DNA of 63,720 nt, filler included, from Olpidium bornovanus S191 (Eukaryota; Fungi; Olpidiomycota), in the NCBI GenBank assembly GCA_017911155.1. It is 31 parts of 31 records of this genome, joined end to end, with 100 filler letters (N's around TTAATTAATTAA, not from the genome) between each part and the next. Parts side by side here need not be neighbours in the genome. Positions count along the whole stretch, not along the records: positions 24,972 to 27,407 come from JAEFCI010000691.1; positions 27,508 to 30,386 come from JAEFCI010009314.1; positions 30,487 to 31,591 come from JAEFCI010011577.1; positions 31,692 to 33,173 come from JAEFCI010010571.1; positions 33,274 to 36,640 come from JAEFCI010008507.1; positions 36,741 to 37,974 come from JAEFCI010010826.1; positions 38,075 to 40,079 come from JAEFCI010003273.1; 24 more parts are not named here. The stretch is one strand, 5' to 3'. This document shows, piece after piece, positions 25,765 through 38,369 of the stretch. Position 1 is the stretch's first letter, and each line of letters begins with the position of its first letter. A program made the position numbers and the translations under genes. The notes under the pieces are model-generated. The model was not told the origin of the DNA. It searched no databases and worked only from the letters and a program-made list of their open reading frames with translations.

Positions 25765-27345
25765 ATGTTCGGTGCCGGAAGGACGCCAGTTCCCGCGAAC
25801 GGCCGCCGCGCGAGCCGTCCGAGAAACCGCTCGGGTTCGCAGTCGCGGGCGCCGCATAAGCACCAGCAGCACCAGCACCAGGCGCTCGCCGGCTTCTTCT
25901 CCCCTGAGTATGCGGCGACAGCGTCCGCGACGAGAATACCAGGTTGCCCGGCCCCCTCGGGTGCGCCTGGCGCCGCCCAGGGCGCGCTGAACTCGGACGG
26001 CCCGGCTCAACTCCAGAGTAGCCTGCGACAGAGGAGGATTTTGTTCAAAAGCGGCGCGCACTTCTTGTATGCGGACGACGTGCTGGTCGCCATACTCATG
26101 TGCCTCCTTGCTGGAAACAAACACATGATCGTGACAGTCGCCGACGACCTCTTTGCCGAGGCCCGGGCAACGGTCGAGCAGGTGAGCACCACGGCGCTCT
26201 GGTCGCTAGAGCTGTCGGTGTCAAGGAAGAAGCTTTCACGGTGGTGCGTGATCACTGAGGTTGCCCGTCGGTGCTCGACGAAAAAAAAAAACGGTTTGAG
26301 TGCAGCTGATCGAGAGCAGCTCTGCGTTCACGCGTTCGGCTTGCACACAGTGGTAGCACGCTGCGACCGTACGCAGTCGCCGGCCGACTTCGCAAACGGC
26401 CTGTTCGAGCGGAACGCCACCGGCCAGTCCGCGCCGGCGCCGAACGGGCTGGCGGGCAGCTGGCCGCGGGTGAACCGCAGGCTGTCTCTGTTCGAGAGGT
26501 CGCGGGAACCCGAACCGCCGAAGGGCCCCGCGCCGCCGCACTCGCTGCCGCGCTATTCGGGCCGGGAGGAAACTGCTGCGTCTGGGAGACAGACGACCCC
26601 CGCAGGCCGTGAGGGCGACGGCGACCAACGGGCTGCGAACGGTCGTTCCCGGCGGTCTTACATGTCGGAACAAGAGCCGCAGGCCTCCGGCTCTGGGCCG
26701 AACGCGTCGCCTTGGGGCACCGGCGCAGCGTCCCAAACATCAAGTCAACCGGTGCAGGCAGCGAGCAATGCGCCCGGCGAGGAAGGACTTGTAGGGGTGG
26801 CCGACAGCGCGTCGACGATCACAGGCAGGCGGCGGAAAGGGCATCAAACGGTCTGTTGAGGAACCTCGCCCCGTAAATATAGACGGTTTTGCGTGGTGTG
26901 CCTTGAGCGTTGAGCAAACTAACATGGAGGAAAAACGGGAATCCCTCGCAGTCGGATGCGCAACATTCGGCGCACGCGCCCTCCAGGGAGACCGTTGTCC
27001 CCCAACGCATTACGTCATCGCCGGGGAGCCGGCATCCGCAACAGCTCAGCACGCCCCGCGCGCGCCCGGAAACGTCCTTGCGATGTTCGAGCTCCTCGGT
27101 CGCCGGCGCCGCAGCCAGTCTCGCTCGGCGGGCTGCGTCCTCCTCGCAGTTCACCGTGCCCAGTTTTCCATTCAGCCCGGTTGACTTCAACTTCTCGTCG
27201 GCGGGCGCCCAGCGCTCGTCCGTGACTTCCTTGTCAGGTGGTCTTCACGCGGACCCTCCCGTGTACGGGAAGCAGATACCGCAAGCGCTAATACTGGAAG
27301 GTCTGGCCGACTCGCACGAGGCCGTGCAAGGGGCTTTACTGGAGG
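25765..27345 (+). CDS. Degenerate AAA+ (MoxR/Mg-chelatase-like) fungal protein, 3' partial
   Basis: DDVLVAILMCLLAGNKHMIV, LCVHAFGLHTVVARC..SPADF, and a later exon IPQALILEGLADSHEAVQGALLE ending at a GT donor. Confidence 0.5.
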
Positions 27346-27507
27346 TTTGTCTCCTCGGATCGACGGTGGACAAGTGGTTCAATCCCTACTTGTGGAGCGC
27401 GCACATGNNNNNNNNNNNNNNNNNNNNNNNNNNNNNNNNNNNNNNNNNNNNTTAATTAATTAANNNNNNNNNNNNNNNNNNNNNNNNNNNNNNNNNNNNN
27501 NNNNNNN

Positions 27508-28500
27508 CATGACAGTGGGTTCTCGAGGATTCTGTTTGGCGATGTGAGTTTGAAACGGCTGAGTGCTGAAATGCTCACTTGCTGGCCTTGTTTGCTTTTT
27601 GAATGTCATTGGGACTTGTCGGAACTCTCTGCTTCTGGTTGTGAAATGACCCTTCTGACGGCAGTCCCTGCAGGTGACCTTGATTGCGCGATGATTATAC
27701 CGTCTTTTGGTGTACTTGTCATAGTGCCCCGTGCCTCTCATTCTTCTTCGAATACGTGTTAGTGATGTTAACATAAGCTGACTCGGGGCCCTTTAGCATG
27801 ACAGTTGCATCTTGCGTTCTCTTCTGAGTGTTAGGATGTCGAGTAGGCCCTGAAGAGTGTTATCCGAGTCTCGTCTTGGTCATAAACCCTGGGTCAGAGC
27901 TTGTCGAAAATCTCTCCCGGATTGTCCCAACGGGCCGGATCTCCTATCTCTTTTCCTGAGGTAAACCAGAATGCAGCGACCGTCGTTTCAAGCATTATAT
28001 TGGCAAATATATCTTACACCAACTATAGATTATCCACTAATCTCTTGGCGGCCGCATGCTGGATTTTTATGGTCAGGAACATGACGCGGGTAAGCATCAA
28101 CCTTGCTAATAAAATGTCATGTGTAGCGGCTCCTCCATGACCGTCGTAAGTTGAAACATGTGTTGAGGGGTTCGACCATGGGCGTGGAAAAGGAAGCTGG
28201 CGGAGCTGGCGGAGGAGTAACAGAAGCAAGGCCAGGTGCCCGATAAAAGAAAGAATTTGAGGCCAATAAATATTAAACGCTTTCATAGTAGTATTACACT
28301 CCCGGTTGATCTCTGGCAGAGTAAGTGAAGAAATATTGCTTGGGAATTTGTCCTGCTAGCTGTTGAATGATCTGAGTTGCGTCAGCTGCACAATCTCTAC
28401 CCTTCCTTTCTTTGTTGAACTTCGTCTGCAAACGGTACACTAAGAAGCTTATCACATTTTCTGTCAAACGGATGTTGGTCAAAGTCTATCTCGTCGGCTT
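27508..28500 (-). pseudogene. Possible decayed transposon remnant with a zinc-knuckle-like motif
   Basis: Lower-GC, homopolymer-free block with multiply interrupted frames; contains CRDCRQKGHFTTRSREF. Confidence 0.3.
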
Positions 28501-31500
28501 CGCGTTGGCAGTGAGTCGCGTTTATTTGTTAGCGTTTTCCTTTGACGGAAAAAAGGTTTCGGGCGGCGCCGACCGTTAAAAATGACAGGCACCGCCCCGG
28601 GAACCGTTCGCTAGTCAAAAGGGGCCGAACCTTCGCGCGGCGGGAGCCGTTTTCCACGAAGCTGGAGTAGGCCTCCTTTCCGGATTGGCCGGCTCGGCAA
28701 CCGCATCTGACTGGCGGAAGCAAAGTCATTGGTCGACAGGGCTGGCAGCGCGCGCCTCGGGCTGTGCAATACGGGATCCTTCGCCTGCTCCTTTGGTGGA
28801 GACTGCGGTTCAGGCTCCTTCGCACGCCTTCGAATCGGGGTTCGGACTGCGCGGGTTTCTTGGGCGTTTTGGCCGCTCGGCGCGGGGGGCGCGACGGGCG
28901 CGCCGGAGAAGATGAGCCGGTCCGACGGGAGATAAGTTCGCGGTCGGCCCGGGTTGCGTGCGCGGCTGGGCAGCTTGGCCGCTGCAGCTGCGGCTGCACG
29001 GATTGCTACGGATTGAACAACCCGTCGAACTCCGTCGGCGGAGGCTGCCGTTCGGCGGAGGCGCGGCGCCAGCAAGGCGAGCTCATGGAGCTCATCGCGC
29101 AGCGTGGGGGGTGGCTCACATCCGTAGCGCTCATAACATTAAGGTGGGTTTGAGAGTTTTTGTGCAGGTTTGCAGGTTTCAACGTTCAGGGGTTCCGACC
29201 ACTTCCCAACCGTACGAGTCGAGCGCGCCAGGGCCTGCTGACAGAGCCAGGGAAGGCGGGGGAGCACGTCGGGAGGTTACGCCCCGAAAGACGTTGTCGA
29301 TGGGTGACATTGATGAGCGAACTCACAGGCGTGGACCCGCGCCAGGCGGCGAGATCGACGGAGGGGCATGGCGAGAACAAGCGGTGTGCACTGGGCAGAA
29401 GTCACTCAGAGTTTTATTTTCGCGGTGTAAATGAGCCGGTGTCGCACGGGAACGGTTCAGGTGTTGTCTTCCAAGCCTTTTACAGGCAACCCTGGCGTAG
29501 GACCTGCCGCGCGCGGTCGGCGGCTGTCGACGCAGTACTTCCCAGAGACGCGCGAGCCGCCCATTCCGGTCCGGGTCTCAACCTAGGGGAAAAGGGGGCG
29601 CTTTGCGGCCCTGATAGCTGATCTCCTCGAGTTAGTGACGACTTTCTCTGCATTTTTTTTCATTTCGATTTCCTCGGCGGCGCGTGCAATGCTCGGTGGC
29701 TGAAACTCGACCACTTTTTTTTCTGGGTGGCTCGTCGCGTCGACTTGCGGTTGTTGCACCGAGCACAGGTTGAAGACAGCGCGCTCACGCGTCTCATCAT
29801 TCTCACATGGCCAGTGCTTGCGTGGCTTGCCGAGTCCCAGCAGGCCCGGCTGTGTAGGATCACGGTCGTTTCACTTGCTCATCCCCTTCATGGTCTCCTA
29901 TGCCAGCTGGCCGCGTTTTGCTGCCCTTGTGATGAGAGGTGGTCGGGCCTCTTCGTGACATTGTGCAGAACTCCCTTTGGAAGGCGTCTGCCGCGCGCCA
30001 TGTGCGGACCGCCAACATTTCAATTCGACCCTGTCTGAGCCGTGCACCACATACAGTGGACCACCAAACGCTTGACAGAACAAAGTCGACCGGGAAGGGC
30101 GCACGCTTTTTGCTGAGTAGGCTGCCACAGATGCACAGCCCAGGGTTTAGCTTGGTACTCCTTTCCTTTACGTGCAGCTCAGCATGGCCCTAGATTTTCC
30201 GTCAGGTGCAGCACACTTTCCTAAATGCATCATCGGACGCTCGCTCATCCAGCCGTGACGTAATACATGGATGTTTCCTATAAGGAAAAAAAATGACATA
30301 CGAGAGCAGTCCAACGTCAACACTACCTTTGCCAACCCCTTCCCTTCCTCCCCAACCCAACAAGGTGAACAATAACGACCAACCCCNNNNNNNNNNNNNN
30401 NNNNNNNNNNNNNNNNNNNNNNNNNNNNNNTTAATTAATTAANNNNNNNNNNNNNNNNNNNNNNNNNNNNNNNNNNNNNNNNNNNNACCATGGCGACGGT
30501 GGATTCAGTGGATTCGATTTATCCTGCACTAGATTGGCCCCGCCGCGCACGCCCTTGTTCATCGACAACAACGGCGCCTTGGCGATCATTTTATCGGGCA
30601 CTCTGAGCAAGCCGGCACCCTGAGATCAAGGCATTTCTCGCCCGTAATTCACACGCGCGCGGCGATATCAAGCAGGCCGCGGGTTGATTTGGCGCGCAGA
30701 CCGTACCTACGATCGCGCTGCCGGCCCCTCGGGGGCTCGGACTCGTCGGCACATGACTTCGCATTTTTCCGGGCTCCGGGAAGCTCCGCGGGCTTGCTCT
30801 TGTCAAAACCTCTTTCTCTCTCCCGGTGTTAATTTCTCCCCTTTTTATTTTCGGCTTTCGCTTCTTCGGCCCTCCGTTACGGAACCGTGGGACTCGCGAT
30901 TAAATCCTGTCGCTCATGCTTCATATCTTTCCTTTCTTTCATTCACACAATATCGTCCTGCCAAACGCCCCCCAAGGGGGGAGGGAAGAGGGGAGGGGGG
31001 GGGGGGGGGGCGGAAGATGGGGATGTGAACGAGTATGAAAGTGACTCGAGTCACGTATCCGCAAATTTCTGTATCCTGATGTGTAAACACGGGCTTCCAA
31101 AGTAAAAAACTGTTAGTTTTTTCTACCGCGATGCGACTCTCGCGAGGCCCGGAAGTGCACCTGACAGCGAAAACGCCAGCGGCTGGAGAGAGGACTCAAG
31201 GCCTCGGATGGTCGCTCCGCATTTGGGGAGTGGCATCTCTATAAATCTAATATTCGCTCAGGGGTAAAACGAATTCCAGCGGTGTCACGTAGTGTGGTCT
31301 TTTATGAGTTTTTTTCCCGTTTTGTTTTATATAATTATTTTAGTTTAACGTCGTAAAATTGGGTCGGCCCGGAACTTGGCTTTCTGTCTTTGTGACGCGG
31401 GCCGGCAAGCGCGAGAACTTCGGAACTCTGGTCCAGGCAGGCGCGCACGGCGGCGGAGTCCGCGCGATTTCCGACGACTGCGAACGCCTTCCGGGTCCAT

Positions 31501-31762
31501 ATCTCCGCTATCATCTTGCTTAGAACCGGACCGACCTTCCTTTCGGCCACGGCAGGGCAGGAGCCGCCGACGGCGCTGTCTTTAAGCATGGNNNNNNNNN
31601 NNNNNNNNNNNNNNNNNNNNNNNNNNNNNNNNNNNTTAATTAATTAANNNNNNNNNNNNNNNNNNNNNNNNNNNNNNNNNNNNNNNNNNNNCCCCTTGAA
31701 AACAAACACCCGCCCCCTCTGCGGGGTGCGAAGGGGGGGCCGCGGGGAAGGAAAAAGGGCGC

Positions 31763-31801
<39 letters not shown>

Positions 31802-32065
31802 AGACAGCACGAGAAACCCCGCTTGGGTCGCCGCAATCCTCCTGTCCCTCCCGCCGAGGCTCCTCTCGTCGAGGCCAGCGACGTCCGGCAGGGCCGCCGT
31901 GCGCACACGGCCGTTACGCCCCTCTGCGCGCCAGATCTCTTCCCCCCCCGCCTCTCCCCTCACCCCCCACCTTCCCCCTTGCTAGTTTCCTGCGAAAAGC
32001 GCCCTGCTCTCCTCCCTCTCCCCTCCCCCCCCCCCCCCCCCGGGGCGCGCCCCCCCCCCCCCCCC

Positions 32066-32120
<55 letters not shown>

Positions 32121-32277
32121 TGTCTGACGGAAAGCCACCCGCCCCTCCCCTCCGGCCGCACACACCCTCTCCCTTCCTACTCCGCCGCCGCGCCCACCAC
32201 CCCCCGCCCCGGCTCCCTTTCTTCCTTCTGTGCTTCGAAGGGGCCCCGCCCCCCCCCCCCCCCCCCCCGGGGGCCCG

Positions 32278-32343
<66 letters not shown>

Positions 32344-32568
32344 TCCCGCTCCGACGTCCCGGCTGCCGACTGCACCTCTCAACCGGCCGGAAAGTCCACG
32401 GCCTCCCATTGTCCGTCGGCGTATAGGTCATCTTCCGGTGATCAGTTCATTCGAAGTGTCAGAGATTCCCGCGCCCCCCCCCCCCCCCCCTCTTCCCCCC
32501 GCGAAGGGAAATCACTGAACCCCCGCATTTGCCAACCAAATCGAATCGGGGCGTGAGTTCGAATAAGT

Positions 32569-33172
32569 ATGCCACCGCCGCCGCCCTCAAACGACGGCCA
32601 TGTGGGCTACCTCACGGATTCGCAGACGGTAACATTGAAGGAGCTGTGGGTGCTACTGCTCGACGTGTTTGACGGGGTGCTGGACCAGTTCACCCTGCAG
32701 CCGACGCCAGCGGTTTACCCATCCCCACCGTCCTCGACCGCGAGCGGGACGCCGGTGCCGCCGGGCAGCGGGAGTTCGTTTGAGAGCGGGGAGTACGCAG
32801 GAAAGAGCAAGAAGAAGAGGCTGGGGAAGCTGGTGGGCCTCCGATTCCCTCCGCTTTTTTATCCCTTCTTCGACCCCGTTTTGGCGTGACCTCCCACTCC
32901 CCTCACCCAATGGGAAAGGATTTTGCACAAGAACGAGCGACGTTTGACGTGCAGTCAGATACTTCACTTGCTTCTCTCAGCGATCCGCGGTGAAGTCCCG
33001 TGTCGGCGGCGGCGGCTCCTCGCCATCAAACCGAGCGACGGCCAATGAAACTGGCAGCAGCGGGGAGCAACTGGCGTCCGTTACGGCGGATCTCGCTCCG
33101 GAGCAGCTGCTCGATGCCTTCTTTCGATTCGTGCAGGACGACCACCCCGACTCGATTGTGCTACGGTTCATG
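32569..33172 (+). CDS. CSR1: CRAL-TRIO/SEC14-family phosphatidylinositol transfer protein, 3' partial (exons 32569-32832, 32981-33172)
   Basis: GHVGYLTDSQTVTLKELW and QDDHPDSIVLRFM, the CRAL-TRIO N-terminal signature of Csr1/Sfh2. Confidence 0.85.
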
Positions 33173-33273
33173 CNNNNNNNNNNNNNNNNNNNNNNNNNNN
33201 NNNNNNNNNNNNNNNNNTTAATTAATTAANNNNNNNNNNNNNNNNNNNNNNNNNNNNNNNNNNNNNNNNNNNN

Positions 33274-34635
33274 CATGTCAAACTTCTCGAAAAGATGCCC
33301 ACAGTGAGCGGTGGGCATAACGAAACTGGGCGACCAGCTGAGAACCGAAATCCAGGCATCGGTCGGCTGGAACCAGGCGGCATATTGCAGTTCGTTTGTG
33401 TAACTGAAAACCGGATGGGAACGTCGTCACAACTTTTCCGGCAGTAAACAAGACAAAGACACGCGCAACCTAACCCTCTTTTTTACCTCCATAGGGTGAC
33501 GTGCCCGCTTTTGCTTCCTAAAGCAAGAAATGCTAGATGCTTCGCACGCTTGCCCAAGAAAAGTGGTGACCAACTTAGAGCTTGAGAAAGAACCAGAACG
33601 CGTTTCAGGCACAGAGAAGTGGTCGACTGGTCACGCACGGTTTGGACGTGTCGACCGGACACGCACGGTTTGGACGTGCGACAACAAGGAGCCGCGAACC
33701 GACACGCCGACTTACGTACAGAGAGTCTCAATCTTCCTGAAGGTTTCCAACGGCATGCGACGGCTAGCCTGAGCCCCAAGTTGGCCTATCAGCAATTTCG
33801 TCACGTCCAAAATCTTTAATTAAAAAGAGCAGGAAAATCTAGGTGAGATCGAACAGATTTTGGGCATATGGCGGTCCCTTGTGCGGCCACGAACTGCTCG
33901 GTACCAACCTCCGTCCACGCGGAAGTTGCTGGATGCATTTCTGGGTACCACAGACAGACGCGGTGGCTTGTCGACAGCGTCGCCAGGACACATCTGCCGG
34001 TTGCCGAAGAAAGTCCACGGTATTTAGCCCGTCCCGCCGAAGTTTACACGACGCGGATCGTCACACGTACCCGCCTTCCTCGGAAACACCTGCCGGAGAC
34101 CACGCGGCGGAACGGACAGCTTCGACGGACAGCTCCGCTGGCCTTACCGCCGTTTCTGCACGTCAGTCCACGCAGGGCGGGCGTTCGCGGTGCGTGTCAA
34201 TCAGCCTGACGGCGAAGCGCGGTGCGACGCAGCGAAAGGCACCGTGGCGGAGTCAGCAAACCGTCGTAAGGCCGCTTTAATCGGAGCTTGTGCTCTGCTG
34301 TGATCGTGGCGATGCATGTCCGGTGTACGATGTGGCGGTTCTCGCTGTTCCGCGTCTCTGAGGGCGTCTGGGTTGCGACGGGCGCGGGCACGGCCCCGCC
34401 CCGCGAGGTCAGCGAGCGAGGACAGTCGGACCCGTTCGACGGCCCGCGCGGCCAAAACAACGTCTCCGGGGCAGGGAGCGGGGAAGCGGCAGGGCGGGGG
34501 CCCCCGGGTAGCGCTCACGAGGATGTGGACCGCGTTGGCGGCCACGACAGCGACCTGGTTATCCTCGGACCAGTGCACGGCGTCGGGAAGGAAGGACCTG
34601 GAGGAGAGAAAGACGGGCTCGTCCAGGGGTTCCAT
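33274..34635 (-). CDS. TFIIIC subunit delta/tau90 (GTF3C4/Tfc8/Sfc9-like), 3' partial
   Basis: MEPLDEPVFLSSRSFLPDAVHWSEDNQVAVVAANAVHIL, then exons with CIATITAEHKLRL and WSPLFLGKRAKHLAFLALGSKSGHVTLW, typical of the TFIIIC_delta WD region. Confidence 0.75.
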
Positions 34636-34936
34636 GGCGCGCAGGCGCGCGGGGAGTGGGGGCCTTGGCCCTGTTTCTGGGGTCGAGCGGGGCGTCGGCG
34701 GGTGGAGGGTTGTTTCGCCTGTCGCCAAATAGGGAAAAAAAAAAAAAAAAAAAAAAAAACCACACGCGCTTTCTCTCGCCCGCCCCGGCGCCACACACTT
34801 GATCCTTTCTCGGCACGCACGGACGGGAAAAAAACCGGCCCACCGCCCCGCGCGCGCGCGCCCCTGACGCCCAGACGCCATCCTTCCCGCCGGCGTGTCG
34901 CCTGCCCGCATGCCTGCCCGCTTCGCTGCCGCACCC

Positions 34937-36640
34937 ATGGAGGATCGCCAGCAACTTCACCGGCTGAAGCAGCGGCCGCAGTGCCAGCCCGGCCAGCTTG
35001 AGGCGCAGCAGCACCAGCACCAGCAGCCGTTGCCGCAGTTCCGGCAGGCGCAGGACTCCCAGTTCGCCTCCTACGGCCGTCTCCCGCAGACGTTGCCTGC
35101 CCCCCAGCAGCCGCCGCCGCCGCCGCGACGCTTCGCGGCCGAGCCCGCCGCCGCCGACAGCTTGCAATCCTTCTACATCGGCTGCGCGGGCCGCGTTGCC
35201 GCCGCTCCCGCGCCGCCGTCCGGCCCCGGAAGACCCCAGCTGGGCGGACACCTCGCCTCCGCGTCGTCCGGGAACCCTCTGACCCGTTCTACGTCCGGAA
35301 CCCCGGAGTCGCCGCCGGAGGCTGAGTCGCACAAGAAGTTGCGGTCGGAACAGCGGAGGACGAAGGTGCAGCAAGGTAAAAAAAAAAAAAAAAAAAAAAG
35401 GGTTGGTCCGCGTTGCTTTAAAGCGCGCGGCGAAAGGTAGGAAGCTCTGTGTGTGAATCGCCTCCGTGCGCTTCTGACTTCACTCGTTCCGCCCACTCGC
35501 GAACATCCTCCGCTCGCGGCCTCTCCCCCCCCCCAAATGCACCTCCGCGCAAAAAGCCTGCGTCTATTGCAGACGTTCCCACATGACATGCGACAACGGC
35601 CGGCCTTGCCAGCGATGTATCAAACGGTCCATCGGGCACCTGTGCCATGATGAGCGGATCCCATCCGTCCGCCGCCACCAGCTTCTTCACGAGAATGTTA
35701 CGCTGTCGGCGGTGGGGTCCGCCGCTAATCCCTCTCGGTTCGTGCCAGGCACGCAGCAACATTTGACATTTATGCAATCAAAAGACCCAACGGCTCCAAC
35801 AGGTGACTACCTTGGCACTTTGTGGACGGCCGATTCTTCTTCGGCGTGCTTCGCCCCCGCTGAAATTACACGCTCTCTGTTGCGCTTTGGTCGGTCTTAT
35901 AACACAAAAAACTAGCCATATACCCCGGGTGTTTGTCTGGCCTTCCTTCAACGCCTCTTGCGTTTGCGAGCGAGCATATGGGCAACGAGTTTTCCGTTTT
36001 GAAGTACGTGCGTACGGCGGACTGCCGCTAATTGCGTAAATCGTATAAAAAAGGGAAAGCTGATGTTAGATTATGCGGTCTCCTCCAGCGATTTCATTGC
36101 CCAATACCAGACGCCTGCCCCGACATATCAACAATTACCAGTCGGGCCGGTGCCGCCGTTCGTTGTGGAGGAAACCTCGTCACAACACCATCAGCCCTTC
36201 TTGCCCCAGAATTTGCTGGAGTCTCCAAATGCTGCCGCCGACACCTCCCCAGATACGCCGACCGAGCGGTTCTTTATTACGGCGGTTGATCAGGCCGGCG
36301 ATGGGTCGTACGCGGAGCGACTCACCCAAGTCATACAGGCCAAATTTGAAGCCGGGCTCCTCAAGCCGTACGACTACTCCACCGGCTACGCCAGGCTGCT
36401 AAGGCACGCGGACCTCCAGTGCGTACCGTGCCGGATGGGGAGTTCCGCAGCTTGAGCCCAAGGCCAGGATGCTCATCCTTCAATCGGGCCTTTGCGGCTT
36501 AGCCGCACGTCGTCCTGAAACGCTTACACTTGGAATCGACCTCCCTCAGGTTATCGGCAGCATCCCGCAAGCGAATTCAGGCGGTGCTCGCCAGAATTCG
36601 GCCGAGGTTTAGGAAGGTCGCGCAGTCGCTGACCGACATG
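34937..36640 (+). CDS. RDS2: Zn(II)2Cys6 gluconeogenic regulator Rds2/AcuM, 3' partial
   Basis: Spliced KVQQ|ACVYCRRSHMTCDNGRPCQRCIKRSIGHLCHDE, followed by QAKFEAGLLKPYDYSTGYARL and RIRPRFRKVAQSLTD. Confidence 0.9.
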
Positions 36641-38080
36641 NNNNNNNNNNNNNNNNNNNNNNNNNNNNNNNNNNNNNNNNNNNNTTAATTAATTAANNNN
36701 NNNNNNNNNNNNNNNNNNNNNNNNNNNNNNNNNNNNNNNNCATGGTGATGAAATATCTGCAGAGGCATCATTGTGCGACCGACGGACATCGCCGAACTGC
36801 CACTAGAGTGCAGGTACGTGACACACGGCGCGTGTATTCATCGGACGTTGTCATTTATCCTGCAACGAACACCAGCGTAGCGCCCACCGGTGGTACCAGA
36901 TTTGGCCCTGCTGGCGCCGTTGCTGTCTTTCTGATTGCAATAGGGGTAGGCCCAGCACGTCCATATGTTCCGCCGTTTCGATCTTTTTTACAGAACGGAA
37001 CAAAACGCGTATGTTTTGCCCGCAGTGAAACCGCCTCATAAGGCCTTTTTTTCGATTACAATCATACATAAATGGCATCTTTTTCGGGCCATCCTGCGAT
37101 GCGAGATTTTGTCCTAGCATCTCCCTGGAAAATAAAACGGTTTTGTACTTCGACGCCTGCGGCTCGACTGTGCTGCGAAAGCTTCCAGGCCTAGTCGTCG
37201 CGGTCGGTTAAGGGGAGGGGTGGGAGGGGAATGTGGTGGGGTGTGGACTGGGGGACACGTGGGCTGGTTTTCCGCCCGGTCTTTTTATTGTTTTCGCGGG
37301 CGGGTCGCGATTTTTTTTTTTTTTTTTTTTTTCTTTTGACTTCCGCATTTTGTCCTGATACGCATCCCCCCCCCCCCCCCCCCCCCCCCCCACCCCCCCC
37401 CACCCCTCCCGCCCGCCCCGAACTCAAACACGCGTCACGAGAATTGGGAGGGAAACAAAAAGTACGCGAAAGCGAGAAAAACACAAAAAAAAAGAAAAAA
37501 AAAAAAAAAAGCGTTTTCGCCCCGAGCACACAGCCCCCTCGTTCTCCTAATTGTCGCGACCGGTCGAGAGATCCCCTGCGCTCGCCGGACATAGCGAAAC
37601 GGAAAACCCCAGCTTTTCGGTTCAAGGGCCTCCCGCACAAAACCGCGTTTGAATCGCGGAATCTCGCACGCCGCAAAGCCCAGAATTGCGCGACATCGCC
37701 CCGCACCGGTTTCGCCCAGCGACAATATTCACGTTCCCTTTCGGAGCGGGGAGGGCCGGTTCGGCTTCGGAGGCTGGGGCTGGAGTGGTGGTCGCGGCGG
37801 CGGCGGGAGACGAGGTGCCTGGAAACTGCTTGAAAGGAAAAAAAAAAAAAAAACATGGTAAACGGCGTGTGGATTTTTGACACCGACACGCTCCGCGTGT
37901 CACACCGCGCGATACACGACGAGCAGCCCGAGCCGATGGAGGTGACGGAGGAGAGCGCGTCGACGCAGATGGTCNNNNNNNNNNNNNNNNNNNNNNNNNN
38001 NNNNNNNNNNNNNNNNNNTTAATTAATTAANNNNNNNNNNNNNNNNNNNNNNNNNNNNNNNNNNNNNNNNNNNNAAGTCG

Positions 38081-38141
<61 letters not shown>

Positions 38142-38270
38142 CCCCCCCGCCCCCCCCCCCCCCCCGCCTCCCCTTTCTCCCCTCCCCGTAAACGCACGGC
38201 TGCTGATGTTGTTTGCTTTGCGCGGAAGCGTTCCCCCCCCCCTCTCAAGTCCCTGGTCTCCGCAGCCAGG

Positions 38271-38330
38271 ATGCCTCGTCGCATAACGCCCGCCGGTCAC
38301 CGTCAGCGTCCTCATCACGCCGCTGGAGGA

Positions 38331-38369
<39 letters not shown>

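Noticed and set aside
28900-30000. Possible F-box/LRR gene (LIAQRGGWLTSVAL, VEDSALTRL)
   Set aside because: No consistent exon chain or convincing LRR periodicity could be built.
33622-33677. 28-bp tandem duplication
   Set aside because: Two units within a probable intron of the TFIIIC gene; ordinary slippage.
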